From NCBI GenBank assembly GCA_030265395.1, contig JARFYF010000007.1, positions 19,494,216-19,558,215 on the forward strand: DNA of 64,000 nucleotides, read 5' to 3'. Positions within the stretch are counted from its first letter, which is position 1; each line of letters begins with the position of its first letter. The translations under genes were made by a program, and so were the position numbers. Below are positions 1 through 13,424 of the stretch, piece by piece. The notes under the pieces are model-generated. The model ran no database searches. It was not told the origin of the DNA and worked only from the letters and a program-made list of their open reading frames with translations. Source of the DNA: Rhina ancylostomus (taxonomy: Eukaryota).

Positions 1-2155
1 GCCCTGACCCAGATATTTTGACAGATCTGGATTAAAACAAATTTAATAAGTTTGTGGTTTAATAAGTTTTTTGACTAGTTTAGCAGTGGTGAATGCTATT
101 TAATAGAATGTATTATTTTACTTGTATTAGATAAGCCAGTGAAGAGAACCTATGCATTTAAGTGTTTATTCCAGCTCACATCCCAAATTCCCACTTCAAA
201 AAATGGTCTCCCTTTAGAACTTGTATCAATGAATATTATGGACATAGTTAATTATATGAAGTAAAATACATTGCATGCAGTAAAGTCAGTGCTGTTCAAC
301 CAACACAGGACTTGTTGAGATGAAGTTTGCTTATTATGTAAACAGAATTAGTGTATTTTAAACAGTGTTGAACCACTTCAATCTCTCATGGACTGATCTT
401 CCAAATAAGATATTACATTGTCTTATTAGTGCTGATCTTTGTAAATCTGGTCATTCTGTATCTTCATTGGACTGAGGAGGAGTTGTATGCTTCACACATA
501 CTCATGGAGGGGAGATGTCACTTTTTGTATAAAGTGCATTTCTTGCCAGATGTCAGTTTTGAGTTATTGACTTGTCACAAGGCAATTTTCCATCTACTTG
601 ACTTTCCCAACATCATAGTGAAAGTTTGTAATAACAATATTTACTGCCCAACCCACAAACCTACTTCTGTATTTAAGCACTCAACTACTGACCCACTTCA
701 GTTGTAGAAAGAACCACAATTCTATCAGTCATACATGGTTAATATAGATAACAGCAGGAAAACCACAGAATGACCAGTATTGTAAGGATAGGATCTTGAT
801 GTGAGCTACTGTTTAAAGCTGTATCCATTCTTCCTCCATGTCACCACTCCCTGCCCCAAACAAGTTTTAATATTTTTTGAAAATGCATCTGCATGTATTA
901 AAACTGTTAGATGGGGTATATTAAAACTTTTGGAAAATATGCCTGTATGTATATTGCATGCATTGTTAGACAAGGTACTTTTAAGTTGCATTTTAACACT
1001 TGGCTTATTTTGCTTAAGCAGCAGTATTAAATTCTAGCTCAAACATAAATTACTGGAAATACTGAATTGATCAGGCAACATCTTTGCACAGAATAACCAT
1101 TCTGTCTTCAGACCTTGCAGGTTGATAAGTTGTCACCTGAACTATAATGTTAACACTGTCTCCATCCATCAGTGTTGCTTGAACTGAGTATCTCGAACAT
1201 TGTTCTTTCCACAATTCTTGAAACTGCATTACTTTTGTATCAAATTCTGGTATCCTAAGAGTTGGCCAAGACAAAAATAAAATTGACCCTTTGATGCTCC
1301 AGAAATATCTTATGGTTCAACCTTGAATTTGGGATGAGGTGTGTGATTTATAAATTTGTGCTTGTGTACTAATTGCTTCCCAAAGGTGTCAAAAATCTGT
1401 CAGCTTGCCTTGTTTTCAAATTATTACAAATAACTGATGTAATAATGGTTTCTAAGAACTTTGAATTCTGTGAAATGGGTTAAGGATTGCATNNNNNNNN
1501 NNNNNNNNNNNNNNNNNNNNNNNNNNNNNNNNNNNNNNNNNNNNNNNNNNNNNNNNNNNNNNNNNNNNNNNNNNNNNNNNNNNNNNNNNNNNNNNNNNNN
1601 NNNNNNNNNNNNNNNNNNNNNNNNNNNNNNNNNNNNNNNNNNNNNNNNNNNNNNNNNNNNNNNNNNNNNNNNNNNNNNNNNNNNNNNNNNNNNNNNNNNN
1701 NNNNNNNNNNNNNNNNNNNNNNNNNNNNNNNNNNNNNNNNNNNNNNNNNNNNNNNNNNNNNNNNNNNNNNNNNNNNNNNNNNNNNNNNNNNNNNNNNNNN
1801 NNNNNNNNNNNNNNNNNNNNNNNNNNNNNNNNNNNNNNNNNNNNNNNNNNNNNNNNNNNNNNNNNNNNNNNNNNNNNNNNNNNNNNNNNNNNNNNNNNNN
1901 NNNNNNNNNNNNNNNNNNNNNNNNNNNNNNNNNNNNNNNNNNNNNNNNNNNNNNNNNNNNNNNNNNNNNNNNNNNNNNNNNNNNNNNNNNNNNNNNNNNN
2001 NNNNNTGATAGCTTTGTCAGCTGCACCCTGATCCTGAAATGAATAGGTCTGATTTTGAGAATAGTTTTACAACTATTCTCAGAAATAACTTGGTAGGTGG
2101 TAATGTATGTTTTCTACTAGAATAGCATGTGATACAAAATTATCTTGTTTTGCAG

Positions 2156-2203
2156 TCAGATCAAGAAAATAATTGCACCTTATGTAATGTCTTTCTGGTT
2201 TAG
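2156..2203 (+). CDS. TPTE: TPTE/VSP coding exon (S0 helix; first exon recovered, N-terminal exon(s) not found)
   Basis: tttgcag|T CAG ATC AAG...TGG TTT AG|gtaagt. Encodes QIKKIIAPYVMSFWFR, resembling fish VSP 'QVRKKITPFVMSFGFR'. Phase 2 matches the next exon. Confidence 0.88.
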   Translation, partial: SDQENNCTLCNVFLV

Positions 2204-2319
2204 GTAAGTGGACCATCTGTCATGTACAATCACTGTCTTGAAATTAATAATATCTGCATGCACATTAGCCACAAATTGAGATTTTTAGGAAACTTTGGAA
2301 AGCTGACTTGAATTGATAG

Positions 2320-2462
2320 AATAAAAACAGAATGCTAGAAATACTTGGGACAGGCTATACCTTTTGACCTGAATCATTAACTGTTTCTCTTCAGATATGA
2401 CCTGATCTGCATATTTCAAGCACTTTGTTTTTTAGGTTTCCAGCATTTGCAGGGTTTTATTT
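2320..2462. repeat. Palindromic Penelope-derived short element
   Basis: aaaacagaatgctagaaatact...cattaactgtttctct...tttccagcatttgcag; same family arms. Confidence 0.55.
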
Positions 2463-4562
2463 CCATTGAACAAATAGAAGTAGGTAATTGTTGAAGCATT
2501 CAAATCGACACACTATTGTAATCATTTTGCCTCTGGATATCAAACTTTTTTGTTTTATTTGTATGCTTAAATATTTCATTTACCTTTTATTAATTTAGCA
2601 TTATCTTCAAAGCTATGATGTTGTGGAACATTTTTATAACAAATTAAATTCAAAGAAGTGATCTAATGTTATATTTCACTTTTAACGCAGTCAGAAAATA
2701 AAATGCTTAATATCTTCATTGTCTGAAACTTTTTCAGCAATAGGCCAAATGCAGGCAACTTGGACTAGCTCAGGCAACTTAGTTGACAAGGATAAGTTGG
2801 GCCAAAGTGCCTGTTTTCTGTACTGCATAAATCTGACTCTAACAACATTGTTTAACTCTGTATTTACTAACAAGGCTGTTCACAGAAGTTTTGGCAAACA
2901 CTGATCTGCAGATATTAACATTAATATGTGGTGGAGTAAAAGCTTGATGGGCTGGGTGAAGTTACACTCTTACAGATTCTTTCTTTTAAAAGGAGTGAGA
3001 GGTAAAAGCTTTTAAGAAAATTTTGTGATTGTGAATGGTTGTTGGAGGTCGAAGCAATTGAAACAATGTCCACCAGGGTTGAGTGATGAAAATCAGATGT
3101 GCAAGAGGCAACCCTTGTGGAATGCGAGAAATCTTGGAAGGGGAAAGTATAATGATGGGGGATGTAGAGGAATTGGGGAGTTTGAAGCCATGGATTGCAA
3201 TGAGGGTTTTAGATATTGTCTGATGATCATAGATTTGTGCCTACCTTTGGGGGGTGGGGGGTGAATGGGACTTCCTACAGATTAGAATACAAGAGAAGAA
3301 TGTTGTATTATTTCAAGTTTAGTTCATCTAGTCTTGTGCTTGCTGACCAGTGCTAAATTGGGTGAATTATGTTTATTTCATTTTATTTTTACAATCTGAG
3401 TTGGCAATCTGTGCTGTTGGGAAAAGATACTTTTGAGCTTTATCACTAGCAACAGCCACATTGTGATGACACTAGTGCTAAAGTGCCTATGGGTTCATTG
3501 TTGGTTTGAAGTTAATTAGGTGGCATCAGAAATTGTATTTTAGAACCTGGCTAATATTTGGGTGACTACATAATTAGACTAATCTCTCATCACATTGCCT
3601 CAACACACCTCTCCAAATTTGTGGCACTCCCAAGTATATTAATTTGTTGTGCAAAACATCATTTACTAATTGTGCACTTTAGAGGTGTTGTATGGAAGAT
3701 TTATTTTTTGGTTGAATGTAATGTTACAATCATCTCTAGAGAATGAATAATATGTCAACCTTCAATGAAGGGTGCATTTTATCTTGGGCATCTAAACTAA
3801 TTTAAATAGGATTAGTGGCAAAGTTCAAGCCAGTGGTTTCCCTGCCATTGCAAGGCACTTGAGCACCAAATACTTCATCCATCAATGGAAACTTAAGCTT
3901 CAAAATTTACAATGAGAAGCAAATGAATAGTGGCCTGTAAGAAGTTGAGATCAAACTAATTGTGGGAAAACAGGTCTAGATTAGTAAAACATACCCTCCA
4001 CCCACCAGTTAGCATGATATTGCTGAAATATTTCTTCCATCTTCCCATCTCCACCTCTTCACAACATAGTAAAGCCCTCACCCATGCTTTAATTAGACAC
4101 TGCTATCCTGCCTACAAATCTATTTCTCAGTTATGGTAAACTCAAACATATATCAATAAACTTGAAGCATGGAAGGAGGCAATCTGGGTCAATGTAGCAA
4201 TCTGGGCCATCTATGTTAATCTTGTAAAACTGAAATCAAGTTCTGGTTATTTGGAAATCATAATAGTTTGGCACCTCGCACAAAAGTAATGTTTCGTGTG
4301 CCTGCTTTTATCTCACCGTGGCCTTTTCAACTTGCCTGGTTCACTGGATGATTTATTATCATACTGTGTAACATCTAAGTGATTTAACATTGAGGCATTA
4401 AGAGAAATAAGTCAATCATACAGAAAACCTGCCTATCTGGCCAAAGCTCCTAATGTGCTGGATTATCAATGATATTGTACTCTGCTTTTAATGCAATTTG
4501 CAAATTCCTTGTGGGGAAGAAAGGAATGTGATCAGTTCATTTTGCCTTTTTGTTTCTTGCAG

Positions 4563-4724
4563 GATTTTTGGTATCGTACTTATAATTGTTGATGTTGTTC
4601 TTGTAATTGTGGATTTGTCAACTGCAAATAAAAGTAAGCCCTTTAGACATGGAATTGTAGGTGTGTCGTTGGCTATATCTTTCTTCTTCGTTATTGATGT
4701 TCTCCTTCGAATCTTTGTGGAAGG
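4563..4724 (+). CDS. TPTE: TPTE/VSP exon, voltage sensor S1-S2
   Basis: ttgcag|...GAA GG|gtaagg, 162 nt. IFGIVLIIVDVVLVIVDL...SLAISFFFVIDVLLRIFVEG. Confidence 0.95.
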
Positions 4725-5697
4725 GTAAGGACTTTAAAAATCTTAATGTTTAAGACTTGAATTAATAATGAAGTAATCATCAACAAATGATATTGGACCA
4801 AATCAGTTTTAAAAAGAATTAAATTCCTACATTCTCAATCCAATGTACATTTCACTGTACTCCACAGCGTTTCCCTTTTAGTCCAATAACCAGGTCTATT
4901 TTACAGCTCTTGCATTGAAGAAATAATCACCATTATTTAATGAACTTTGGGCATAGCCTCAGTGAGATATTCATTCATTATGGTGTAGCTGCAACTCCCT
5001 ATTGCATTATCAGAATTTGAAAAGGCTAGGGGCAGAAAATTCAAGTGTGTAGAGCAGTATTTGTGTATGCAGTAGGTAATTATCAGAATGCTAGTCACAT
5101 TCAAATTGTTCCTGGGTCTTCCCTGATAAAACTGGCTAGGCAACCAGACATGCACAGCAGCACTCAACAGCATGCAGAGTAACTGACATTTCTGGAATTT
5201 AATTTGTGAGAGTGGCCAGGAGGTGGCAAGGACTATTTGTGACACATGAGGTCCGTTGTAGCAATCTGTAAAAGAGACCTGTTTAAGCAAGTTGCTTTGG
5301 AGTTGAGTGTTTAGAATTATCCACACCATATTGCGCTGGCCTGTTTGTCTAATTATAGTGAATGAAGACCTGAGCTTTAATTCATCCCCTCATGAGAAGA
5401 GCTAATTATACTTCATCTCATTCTGCATGCTGATTACCCAGGTTTCTTCATCACTGGCTCTGAACAAATAAAACATTATGTTCAAAATCTATGTTTTAGT
5501 TTTGTCTTTTGAAACACAGAATAGTTTTGGGGGGGGACTTCCAAACTCTTCCAGTTAGATTTGGAAGAGGCTATGAAGATGTGGAGGAAAAATGCAGCTT
5601 TATAGATGTCACATTAAGCTTCATAAAATGTTGTGAACTGAAATTTACAAATAAGGAGCTTCTGCTATGATTTGCATATTCAATCTGTATATTTCAG

Positions 5698-5817
5698 GTT
5701 CCGTGTGTATTTTCATTCCAAGCTTAACATTTTGGATGCTGTTATTGTGGTTGTGACCCAGGTTATTACAATGGTGTACGCCTTTTCTGACTTGAGTGGA
5801 GCAACTCTCATTCCCAG
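5698..5817 (+). CDS. TPTE: TPTE/VSP exon, S3
   Basis: tttcag|...CCC AG|gtatag, 120 nt. FRVYFHSKLNILDAVIVVVTQVITMVYAFSDLSGATLIPR. Confidence 0.93.
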
Positions 5818-6189
5818 GTATAGTGATGTAAAGTGATAGTCTATTGAAATCAAAATATTCTGGTGTTAAGCTAGATATAGACATGCCTCTAATTTGAAAA
5901 CATGAACTTAAAATGTACTAAACAAGCTTTCCTTAAGGAGATGTTTTTCTTTATACCCTGAGCTTCAGCACCGTGTTAATTTAAGAACTTCCTTTGCAGC
6001 CCTTGATAAAAATTCTTTACAACCCATTGAATACTCCTGAAAATGGTCATAGAAGTAAAGTAGAAATGCTCAGCAAACTACTGAAGTCCTTAATACAAAA
6101 AAAACACCATTAGGATAATGAGTACAGTGTCTTCATGATTTTGATAGGAAGATGATTCCCATGCTGTAGTTCAGAATAGTGCCACATGG

Positions 6190-6370
6190 TTACTTAGTGA
6201 GGAACCTGGTGGGTCATTCAAGGTGTCATTTGGAAGATTGTCTTCCAATAATGCAACACGCTGCCTCAGTAATGCACTGGAGTGTCAGCCTAGGTTTTTC
6301 TGCTCATGTTTCTGGAGCAGAAGTTGAATTCCCAGCCTCCTGTTTGTGAAGCAAGTGTGCTGATACACAA
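6190..6370 (-). mobile_element. Ancient Deu-domain SINE remnant (AmnSINE/SacSINE-like)
   Basis: cctcagtaatgcactggagtgtcagcctag is the reverse complement of the conserved ctaggctgacactccagtgca block. Confidence 0.5.
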
Positions 6371-6739
6371 CTGGACAGTGCAGATGGAGCAGCTTATTGA
6401 TAATTCCATAACTGTTAATTCTGTTACTTTCTGTTTGACCACCAGTTGCAGACTCTCATCCCAACGAAAGCTATACTCAAGAAATGGACTTTTTGCCAAA
6501 TGTATGGTTGAAGTGAGGGAGAAGTGAGAAAGAAAGCAGCAGCTTTAACTTAAAACTTTCCTCTTACTTGCATCTTTATGATTAATGAAACCAATCATTT
6601 TAATATTTGAAGAGTTTTGTAGTGCAGAAAAGGCCAATAGCCCAACAAGTTGTGCTCTGCATCAGTCTGCTATCCTTTAGCATTTCTTGTATTCCCATTC
6701 TCTACAACATGAAAGAGGTTATTGAATCTAAACCAGTTC

Positions 6740-7025
6740 TTGAAGCAATCCCATCAATCCAGTTTCCCCCACTTATATTCCTGTAATCTATTCTCCCATG
6801 TGCTCACCAACTCCAACCTGATTCTCCAACCATCTCCCTACTCGAGGGCCAATTAACTTGCCAGTCAGCATGTCTTTGAGATGTGGGAGGAAACTGAAGC
6901 ACCTGGGACAATCCACATAGTGAAAGGGAAAATGTGCAAATTCCACACACTGCACTGGATACCAGGATTAATGACACTGGGACAGCTGCACTACCAGCTG
7001 CACTATTACAGCACCACTGCCACTT
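6740..7025 (-). mobile_element. V-SINE-like element
   Basis: gatgtgggaggaaactgaagcacctgg...aatgtgcaaattccacaca is the reverse complement of the V-SINE core. Confidence 0.7.
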
Positions 7026-7575
7026 GCTATGTTATTCCCAAACAATACATCATACTCACTAAAAACACTTGGGTCAGAATCAAGCCCAAGCAACTGCCTG
7101 CCATGCCACCCATTTCCTTAAATGTAGCTGTGCACACTTCAACATCTGGCTGTACTGCAAAGTTCCTATCTGGTTATGTGTGTTGCATTTGATGGTTACC
7201 ATTTTGCTCCAGAGATGAACTCCATTGCTTCTCTGTTTTTTCATGTGTACCTGAGTCATTCAGGCTAGTGAGCAGGTAGCAGAATGGTCTATTTCTCTCC
7301 TTCAACCCCTTTGTTCCCCACAGATCACTGATGTTCAGTGACAGCTGAGAATTTGGCTGTGGTAATTTGACCACCTGTATTCAGTCACAGAGAACTAGGC
7401 CATTTAAATGTAATAATGGAAAATTGTTTGTAAGCAAAAAATAGATCATGTTTAGGCAGTCTTTAAGTGTTTGGCTTATGAAGTAAAACAGAATATTAAT
7501 GCTGTATCTTTAATTTAGAAGATAAATTTTGGATTTTAGATGTGGATATTTCCAGTAATAAACTTTGTTCCTCAG

Positions 7576-7675
7576 GGTGGTTACTGTCTTTCGAGTTCTT
7601 CGAGTTGCCATCTTGGTTCGAATTTTCAGGCTTGCCTCACAGAAAAAGCATCTTGAGAAGGCCACAAGAAGAATG
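7576..7675 (+). CDS. TPTE: TPTE/VSP exon, S4 and start of linker
   Basis: ctcag|...ATG|gtgagt, 100 nt. (R)VVTVFRVLRVAILVRIFRLASQKKHLEKATRRM, the arginine-periodic S4 helix. Confidence 0.96.
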
Positions 7676-8424
7676 GTGAGTTTTGCCACAGGAAAGACTC
7701 TCAGATACTGTGACAGAGGTTTGGGTCCCCTTCTTGAGGTGCAGTCATTGTACCTGGTTTACTAAGCTTGTGTTTCTTGGTGAACTGTTCATTTGCCTCT
7801 TAAGTTCTATAAATTAACACATTACAGTTTGAATTGTATTATGGAATAATCCATTTCTGGGTAGGGACCCAATTAATCTAAATGTTGGCCATTAGGATTT
7901 TCATTTTTTTTTTACAACATTGGATTGACACTGAGTAAGTGGTTGTAAAAGTTATAGATTATCAATGAGGGAGAAGCTCCAGTAGGCTATAAAGGATGAG
8001 CAGCCCTGACTGCAAAGCTTTGAATTAAAATTTAACTAAATTTTAGTGTGGTTAAGGTTGCATAGAAACTGTAGTCAGTGATGGATGGTTCTGGTCTGGA
8101 AGAGTGCTGGGTGCCAGTCTGTGATGCTGTTGGAGATAAAAGTAGCTTGATTTTGCTTATTGTATTTGATCTGTCCTTTCCTCCCATCCTCTCTCATCCT
8201 GGATACTTTACTGTGTTTAGTTTCGTCCCTGGATTTCTTTACATGGTAAGAGTGCTTTTGTTGAGCTAATTGGTGGGGGCGGGGGAAGAGGGGGGAGAGA
8301 ATCTTCAGTCTTGCAGAGTAGAACTCATGGAAGGAAAACTGTATCTATTCATTTAATAAACTACTCATTGTAGAATGTGGTTGTTTTTTGAATGGCATAT
8401 ATGTTGTACTTGTGCTCCCTTAAT

Positions 8425-8738
8425 GCATAGATAAAGGCCATTTGGCCCATTGAGTCAATGCAGGTTCTCAGGGCAAACCTATTGATCCCATTCCTGTAAA
8501 TTACTCAATGCCCATCAACTCCCTGATTCTTTCACCATCCGCCTGCACCGGGGTAACCTCCCCAGCAAGCTTGCCTGCCAATCAATGTCTTGGCATCTGG
8601 GAAGAAACTGGAGTACTAGAGAAGCCCATGATGACCACAAATGTGTGAATTCCACACATGCAACACCAGAGGTTAGGATTGAACTGGTGTTGGTGGAACT
8701 GAGGCAACAGCATTGTGTTGCACTATTGTGCTACCCTG
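8425..8738 (-). mobile_element. V-SINE-like element
   Basis: ggccatttggcccattgagtc...tgggaagaaactggagtac...gaggcaacagcattgtgttgcactattgtgctaccc. Confidence 0.65.
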
Positions 8739-9454
8739 ATGAGAACTTGGCTACTTTGATCTTTCAATAGGATCCTAGTTGCAGCAATCAAGTATATGGA
8801 TGTAGTTGGTTTTATTTTGCTTGTTGTTCTTTCCCCTTCCTTGCATGGAGATGTCTATTTTTATATAACCAAATCCTTTATTAGTGTCTTCAAGTTGCTG
8901 CTATTTTCAGTAATGAAAATGTACTTGTTCCTTAAAGTTAGATGACTGTTGTGAGCTTGTATAAAACATAATCTTTAGTTTTCTAACTATCTCTACAAAA
9001 GCAATTGTACTAAAGGCATGCTCTTTCTAAATACAGAGCACAATACCTAAGCTATCATTCAACCTATTTTAAGGCAACCTTTTTTGATTCCATCATAAAA
9101 TGAACAATAAATATGAAGTTCACCCACAAACATGGATCATATGTCATTTTTCACATTGCCTTTCTGTGTAGCTTAACTTGGTAGCAAAGCTACTGGGCAA
9201 CTATTAAAGACTAATAAAACTTGCTACCTAGATTGTCATTTAAGCCTTGCTGAATTAATAAGACTAATGTCTTTAGGAACTCTGGATAAATGACTGTATA
9301 TGGGGGGAAAAAAAGTGGATTTTTCGTGTTTGGTTATGGCAAGCTCTGACAAACTTTTTTTGATGCTTAAAGAAATGTATTATGGTGATTCTGTTAGCGA
9401 TAGTTCACAACTATTGTTTTCTTGATAGAAAAACCTGTGGTGCATTAATTTTGG

Positions 9455-10285
9455 AGTAGGCCCAAACACACCTTCGGCTGCTTCATCAGTGAAGTTCCTT
9501 CCATCATAAGGTCAGAAGTGGGGATGTTTGCTTCTGACTGCAAATGAAGCAGCTTTTTCCTTGCAACCAGAACTAGACAGCATTCAAGCATGGGCTAATA
9601 TGTGGCAAGTGACATTCATGCCATAAAGTGGCAGGCAATGACCACCTTCTCCAACAATATAATCATCTACCTCCTGACATGGCTGTTACCTTTTGGGTTG
9701 ACTGCCACCAATATCCTGGGAGTCATCATTGTCCAGAAACTCAACTGCACCAGCCATATAAATGCTGTGGCTACAGAAATGGGTCAGAGGTTGTGTATCC
9801 TGGGATGACAATTTGCCTCCTTGCATGCCAATCCCTTTCTGCTATCTAACACACAAGTTGAGTGTTCCTGGAATACTCTGTTGCTGGCATTGTACTCATC
9901 CAGGCAAGAACAAAGTTCAACATGATCCAGGAAAGGGCAGCTCATTTGATTGGAACCCATCAACCACTTGTAAACATTCACTTACTCCACTGCTGGCACA
10001 TAGTGGCTTTAGTGTGTACCATCTATAAAATGCACTGAACTTTCTTGTGTAGGCTACACTGACAGCCAAGCCCACAACCTCTATTACCAGGAAAAACTAG
10101 GACAGCAGGAATACTGTAGCATCACATGCAGTTTCCTTTCCAATTTGTACGCCTATCCTGTCTCACTGGCTCTAAATCCTGGAGCTCTCTCCCCAACAGC
10201 ACAATGGGTACAACTTCATAAAGTAGCTCACCACTACCTACTTGGGGCAATTATAGGAGAACAATAAATATTGGTGTTCAGGTCC
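9455..10285 (+). mobile_element. Degenerate CR1-clade LINE 3' part
   Basis: Remnant of GP.TF.CFI..PSIIRSEVGMFA (RT motifs), W...WQVTFMP.K, and 3' tail gggcaatta...aataaat. Confidence 0.7.
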
Positions 10286-10813
10286 TGAACAAAACAAATA
10301 TTGATAATGAGATTTCATTGAGGCAAATCTAATTATTCAATTTGCTTCTAAGAAATTATTTGGCCTGTTGCATCTGCTATGGTGTTGGCTCTTGCCTGGA
10401 ACTATATAATGTTCATGCACTTGTTTCTATAGATATGGAGAAGGGGGCTAGAGAGATCACAACCTGTGGTTTTTCTCAGCTGCATTTGCATTTCTCCCAA
10501 CAATTAACTTGCTGGCCTGAAATTCAGAAGCATACAGGTCTTTGACCATCATTAACTGTGTGCTGTCTTGTGGATTCATGACTACAGAACTAGCCTAACT
10601 GAATACATTTTCTATGCAAAGTGGCAGACCTCAACCCCAACCATCCCAGAAAATGCTAAAAATACTAGTGGGGCAGTTAGAACTTGGAGCAAAATAATGC
10701 AATGAACATTCAAGTGAAGACCCTCCAGAAAATGTTTTTTTAAAGTAAAAGCAGTACAAGTAATGTCATTTTATTATGCTGCAAAAGTAGTTGATGAAAC
10801 TCTTTATTTGCAG

Positions 10814-10877
10814 GTGTCTGAAAATAAAAGGCGCTATCAAAAGGATGGATTTGACTTGTACCTTACGTACATTACTG
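10814..10877 (+). CDS. TPTE: TPTE/VSP exon, phosphoinositide-binding motif / start of PTEN-like domain
   Basis: ttgcag|GTG TCT GAA...ACT G|gtttgt, 64 nt. VSENKRRYQKDGFDLYLTYIT. Confidence 0.95.
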
Positions 10878-11214
10878 GTTTGTGAAAACTTCTCTCATTT
10901 CTGCTCTGCATCTGTAGTGAATGGAAGGGGAGAGATCAGCCTTTTACCTTGACTGCTGGTTTGAGACCAGCTGTTGTGTGTTCATCCCAAGAATGAATCT
11001 GCCTTCTCTTTATGGGGAGAGATTGATTTTCTTCCCCCAGAGTGATGCACATGAAGTTGAAGATGTGGAGACTGTGATTAATTTCTCTGGATTGCTAACA
11101 TTCTTTTATTTNNNNNNNNNNGCACCTCATTCAATGCGTGCTGCAAGTCAGCGTAACTTGACAGTTATTTGCTGAGTTTAAGTTGTAATATTGGACTTGT
11201 ATGCTGTTTTGCAG

Positions 11215-11279
11215 ATCGGGTCATTGCCATGTCATTCCCCTCCTCTGGAAAGCAGTCATTATACAGAAATCCAATTGAG
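11215..11279 (+). CDS. TPTE: TPTE/VSP exon, phosphatase domain
   Basis: ttgcag|AT CGG...GAG|gtattg, 65 nt. (D)RVIAMSFPSSGKQSLYRNPIE. Confidence 0.95.
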
Positions 11280-12159
11280 GTATTGTAAATGATTCCTAAT
11301 GAAAGTGTAATATTCTTAACATTGGAAAATTATGCCCATCTTGTTTGCTGGGTCAGCAAGCTAACATTACCTCGATGCTCATGTTCTGATTCTGAATTTG
11401 CAGGTGTTTTATCTTGTCAGATTAAAGGTTCTATAAGGCAGCAATATTAAGCAAATGTTTAAGAACTAACATGAATATAGAGTAACTGGTTCCATTTTGT
11501 ACATGTGGTTAAAAATATTGTGCGCACTGTCTTGCAACCTGATCATGGTGGAAAGATGCAGATAATTGGCATGATAATGCTCTGAAGCCTATCCCAACAT
11601 AATTATCATTGTTCTCTAGTAAAGTGCTTCCTAACCAATGCAATACTTCAGTGTAGATGCTGTTGTAATGCACACAACAATACATACATGCCAAGTGTGT
11701 ACACAATAAAAGGATTTCCATTAGCAAATCTAAAGATATTTGATTACCAAATATCCTTTTTAATTAGGTCTGGCTGGTTGAAGTTCATAAACTTCACCAA
11801 TTTAGCACCAAAATGAACAACCTTGCTGAAATCAGATTGAAGTGGAAAATTGTTCCATGCGTAGAGTTAGGAGTTATAACTCTTAAGGCCATGTAGAAGG
11901 AACTTTAGTTGTGCCTTTAATGAACTATGCCCAGTTTGAGAGTTTAATGCTTAAAAGCTTTGAGCACAAATGAGCCTCCAAAACTAAAATGTGTCTGAAA
12001 GGGTATTCAACTAAATTGAGAAGTTGCTTGATGCAAATAAATTTTTAGCAAAACCCTTCAGTGTCAGTGACTACCTTTTTTATTTGCACCTTGATGTTCA
12101 GTCATTTGGAACCCTCTGAAATAAGTGGAAAATAAAGCACCACAATATAAACTCACCTA

Positions 12160-12370
12160 TGTATGTGGTGTATATATGGAATGGGCTGCCAGAGGAAACT
12201 AGAGGCAAGTAGTTACAATGTTTAAAGGATTCAGGCAGGTACCTGGATAATAAAGGTTTTGAGGGATATGAGACAAATGAAGGCAAGTGGGACTAGCTCA
12301 GATGGACATCTTGGTTGGCATGGGTGAGTTGTGCTAAAGGACCTGTTTTCATGCTGTACAACTGACTCTT
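12160..12370 (+). mobile_element. CR1 LINE 3' end
   Basis: tggaatgggctgccagagga...gagggatatg...ggcaagtgggactag...ggacctgttttcatgctgta. Confidence 0.7.
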
Positions 12371-13424
12371 AAAATCACCACCATGTAAATATGGATTTGG
12401 TAATTGGAAAGGAGATTATAAAGATAAAAATTAAGGCTCACAGACAACTATATTTCTTTGAGCGTTGAATGGAAGGAACATGAGGTGAGAAGAGAGAATT
12501 GCTGCAGGAATAAATGGACATTTTGGCAATCATTCTTTTCACTATTCCTCCTAACAAATTGATGTGGAATCTGCTCAGGACATTTCAGTTTTGTTTTCAC
12601 AAGATATGTGAATTTTTCCAGTGCAGTTGGAGTTCTTTTCTCTTTGCATTGAGAACCTCTAGTAAAACGCATATTTTGCAATGCTGAGGCAGCAATGATA
12701 CTTACCTGTAGGATTGATGCTTTGATGTACTATAGCTTGCTAGATATTAGACTTGCATGTGGGACAGATTGGATGAAATTTTTCCCAACAATTGACTGTA
12801 TCATTAGCATGGAAGTTAGTCTAAAAGTTTTTGTTTTTTGTCAGGCATGTCTGTTGAAGACCCACTTTTTCCAAAATGAAGAATGTGGAGCATGGTACTC
12901 AAGTTTTTAATTTCAGCTCACTTCAGTTAGTCTCTGATTTGCTTTTTCTGGAGTTATTTACCCATATGTGAGCGACCTGAATTAGAAAGAACTCTTCCCG
13001 GAATGTGAACTGTCTGCTGATCTCTTTAGATTTTGTAAAGCTGGTATCTTGCAATGAGGTCATCTTCCAAGATAGACACTTTGTTTTCAAAATCAGTATG
13101 TATCTGTTTATTTCATTTGAGAGAAGGAATTTTTCCAACTTATCTAACCAAAAGTGTTTGGATGCTCATACGTAAGTTTCCCATCCTCACTTATTTTAGG
13201 TGACTTCTAGGTTGAGAATTTCATAAATCAATTATTTTAAATGGTGAAGATGACTGATGTAGCCTTGACTAAAACATGTTTGTGGTATGGAAAGTTTTGT
13301 ACTACGAAGAGCTAAGTGCTTAAACAAGGAACTAAAAATTAAAATGTTCTGTGTTGGTGGTAATATATTGATGTAGACTGAGGATTGTTTATATTCCTAC
13401 TCTCCATTTTCAGCCCACTAAGCC

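Noticed and set aside
770-787. ATG ACC AGT ATT|gtaagg as a possible TPTE start (MTSI, similar to fish VSP MTSV)
   Set aside because: Only four codons, no pyrimidine tract upstream, and phase 0 does not join the phase-2 exon at 2156 without an unseen exon. The true N-terminal exons may be in the 1493-2005 gap or upstream of the window.
1424-2042. Long ORFs in the ORF track (also 15222-15555, 23402-23855, 55498-55772)
   Set aside because: They run through N gaps (poly-X) and are not real coding sequence.
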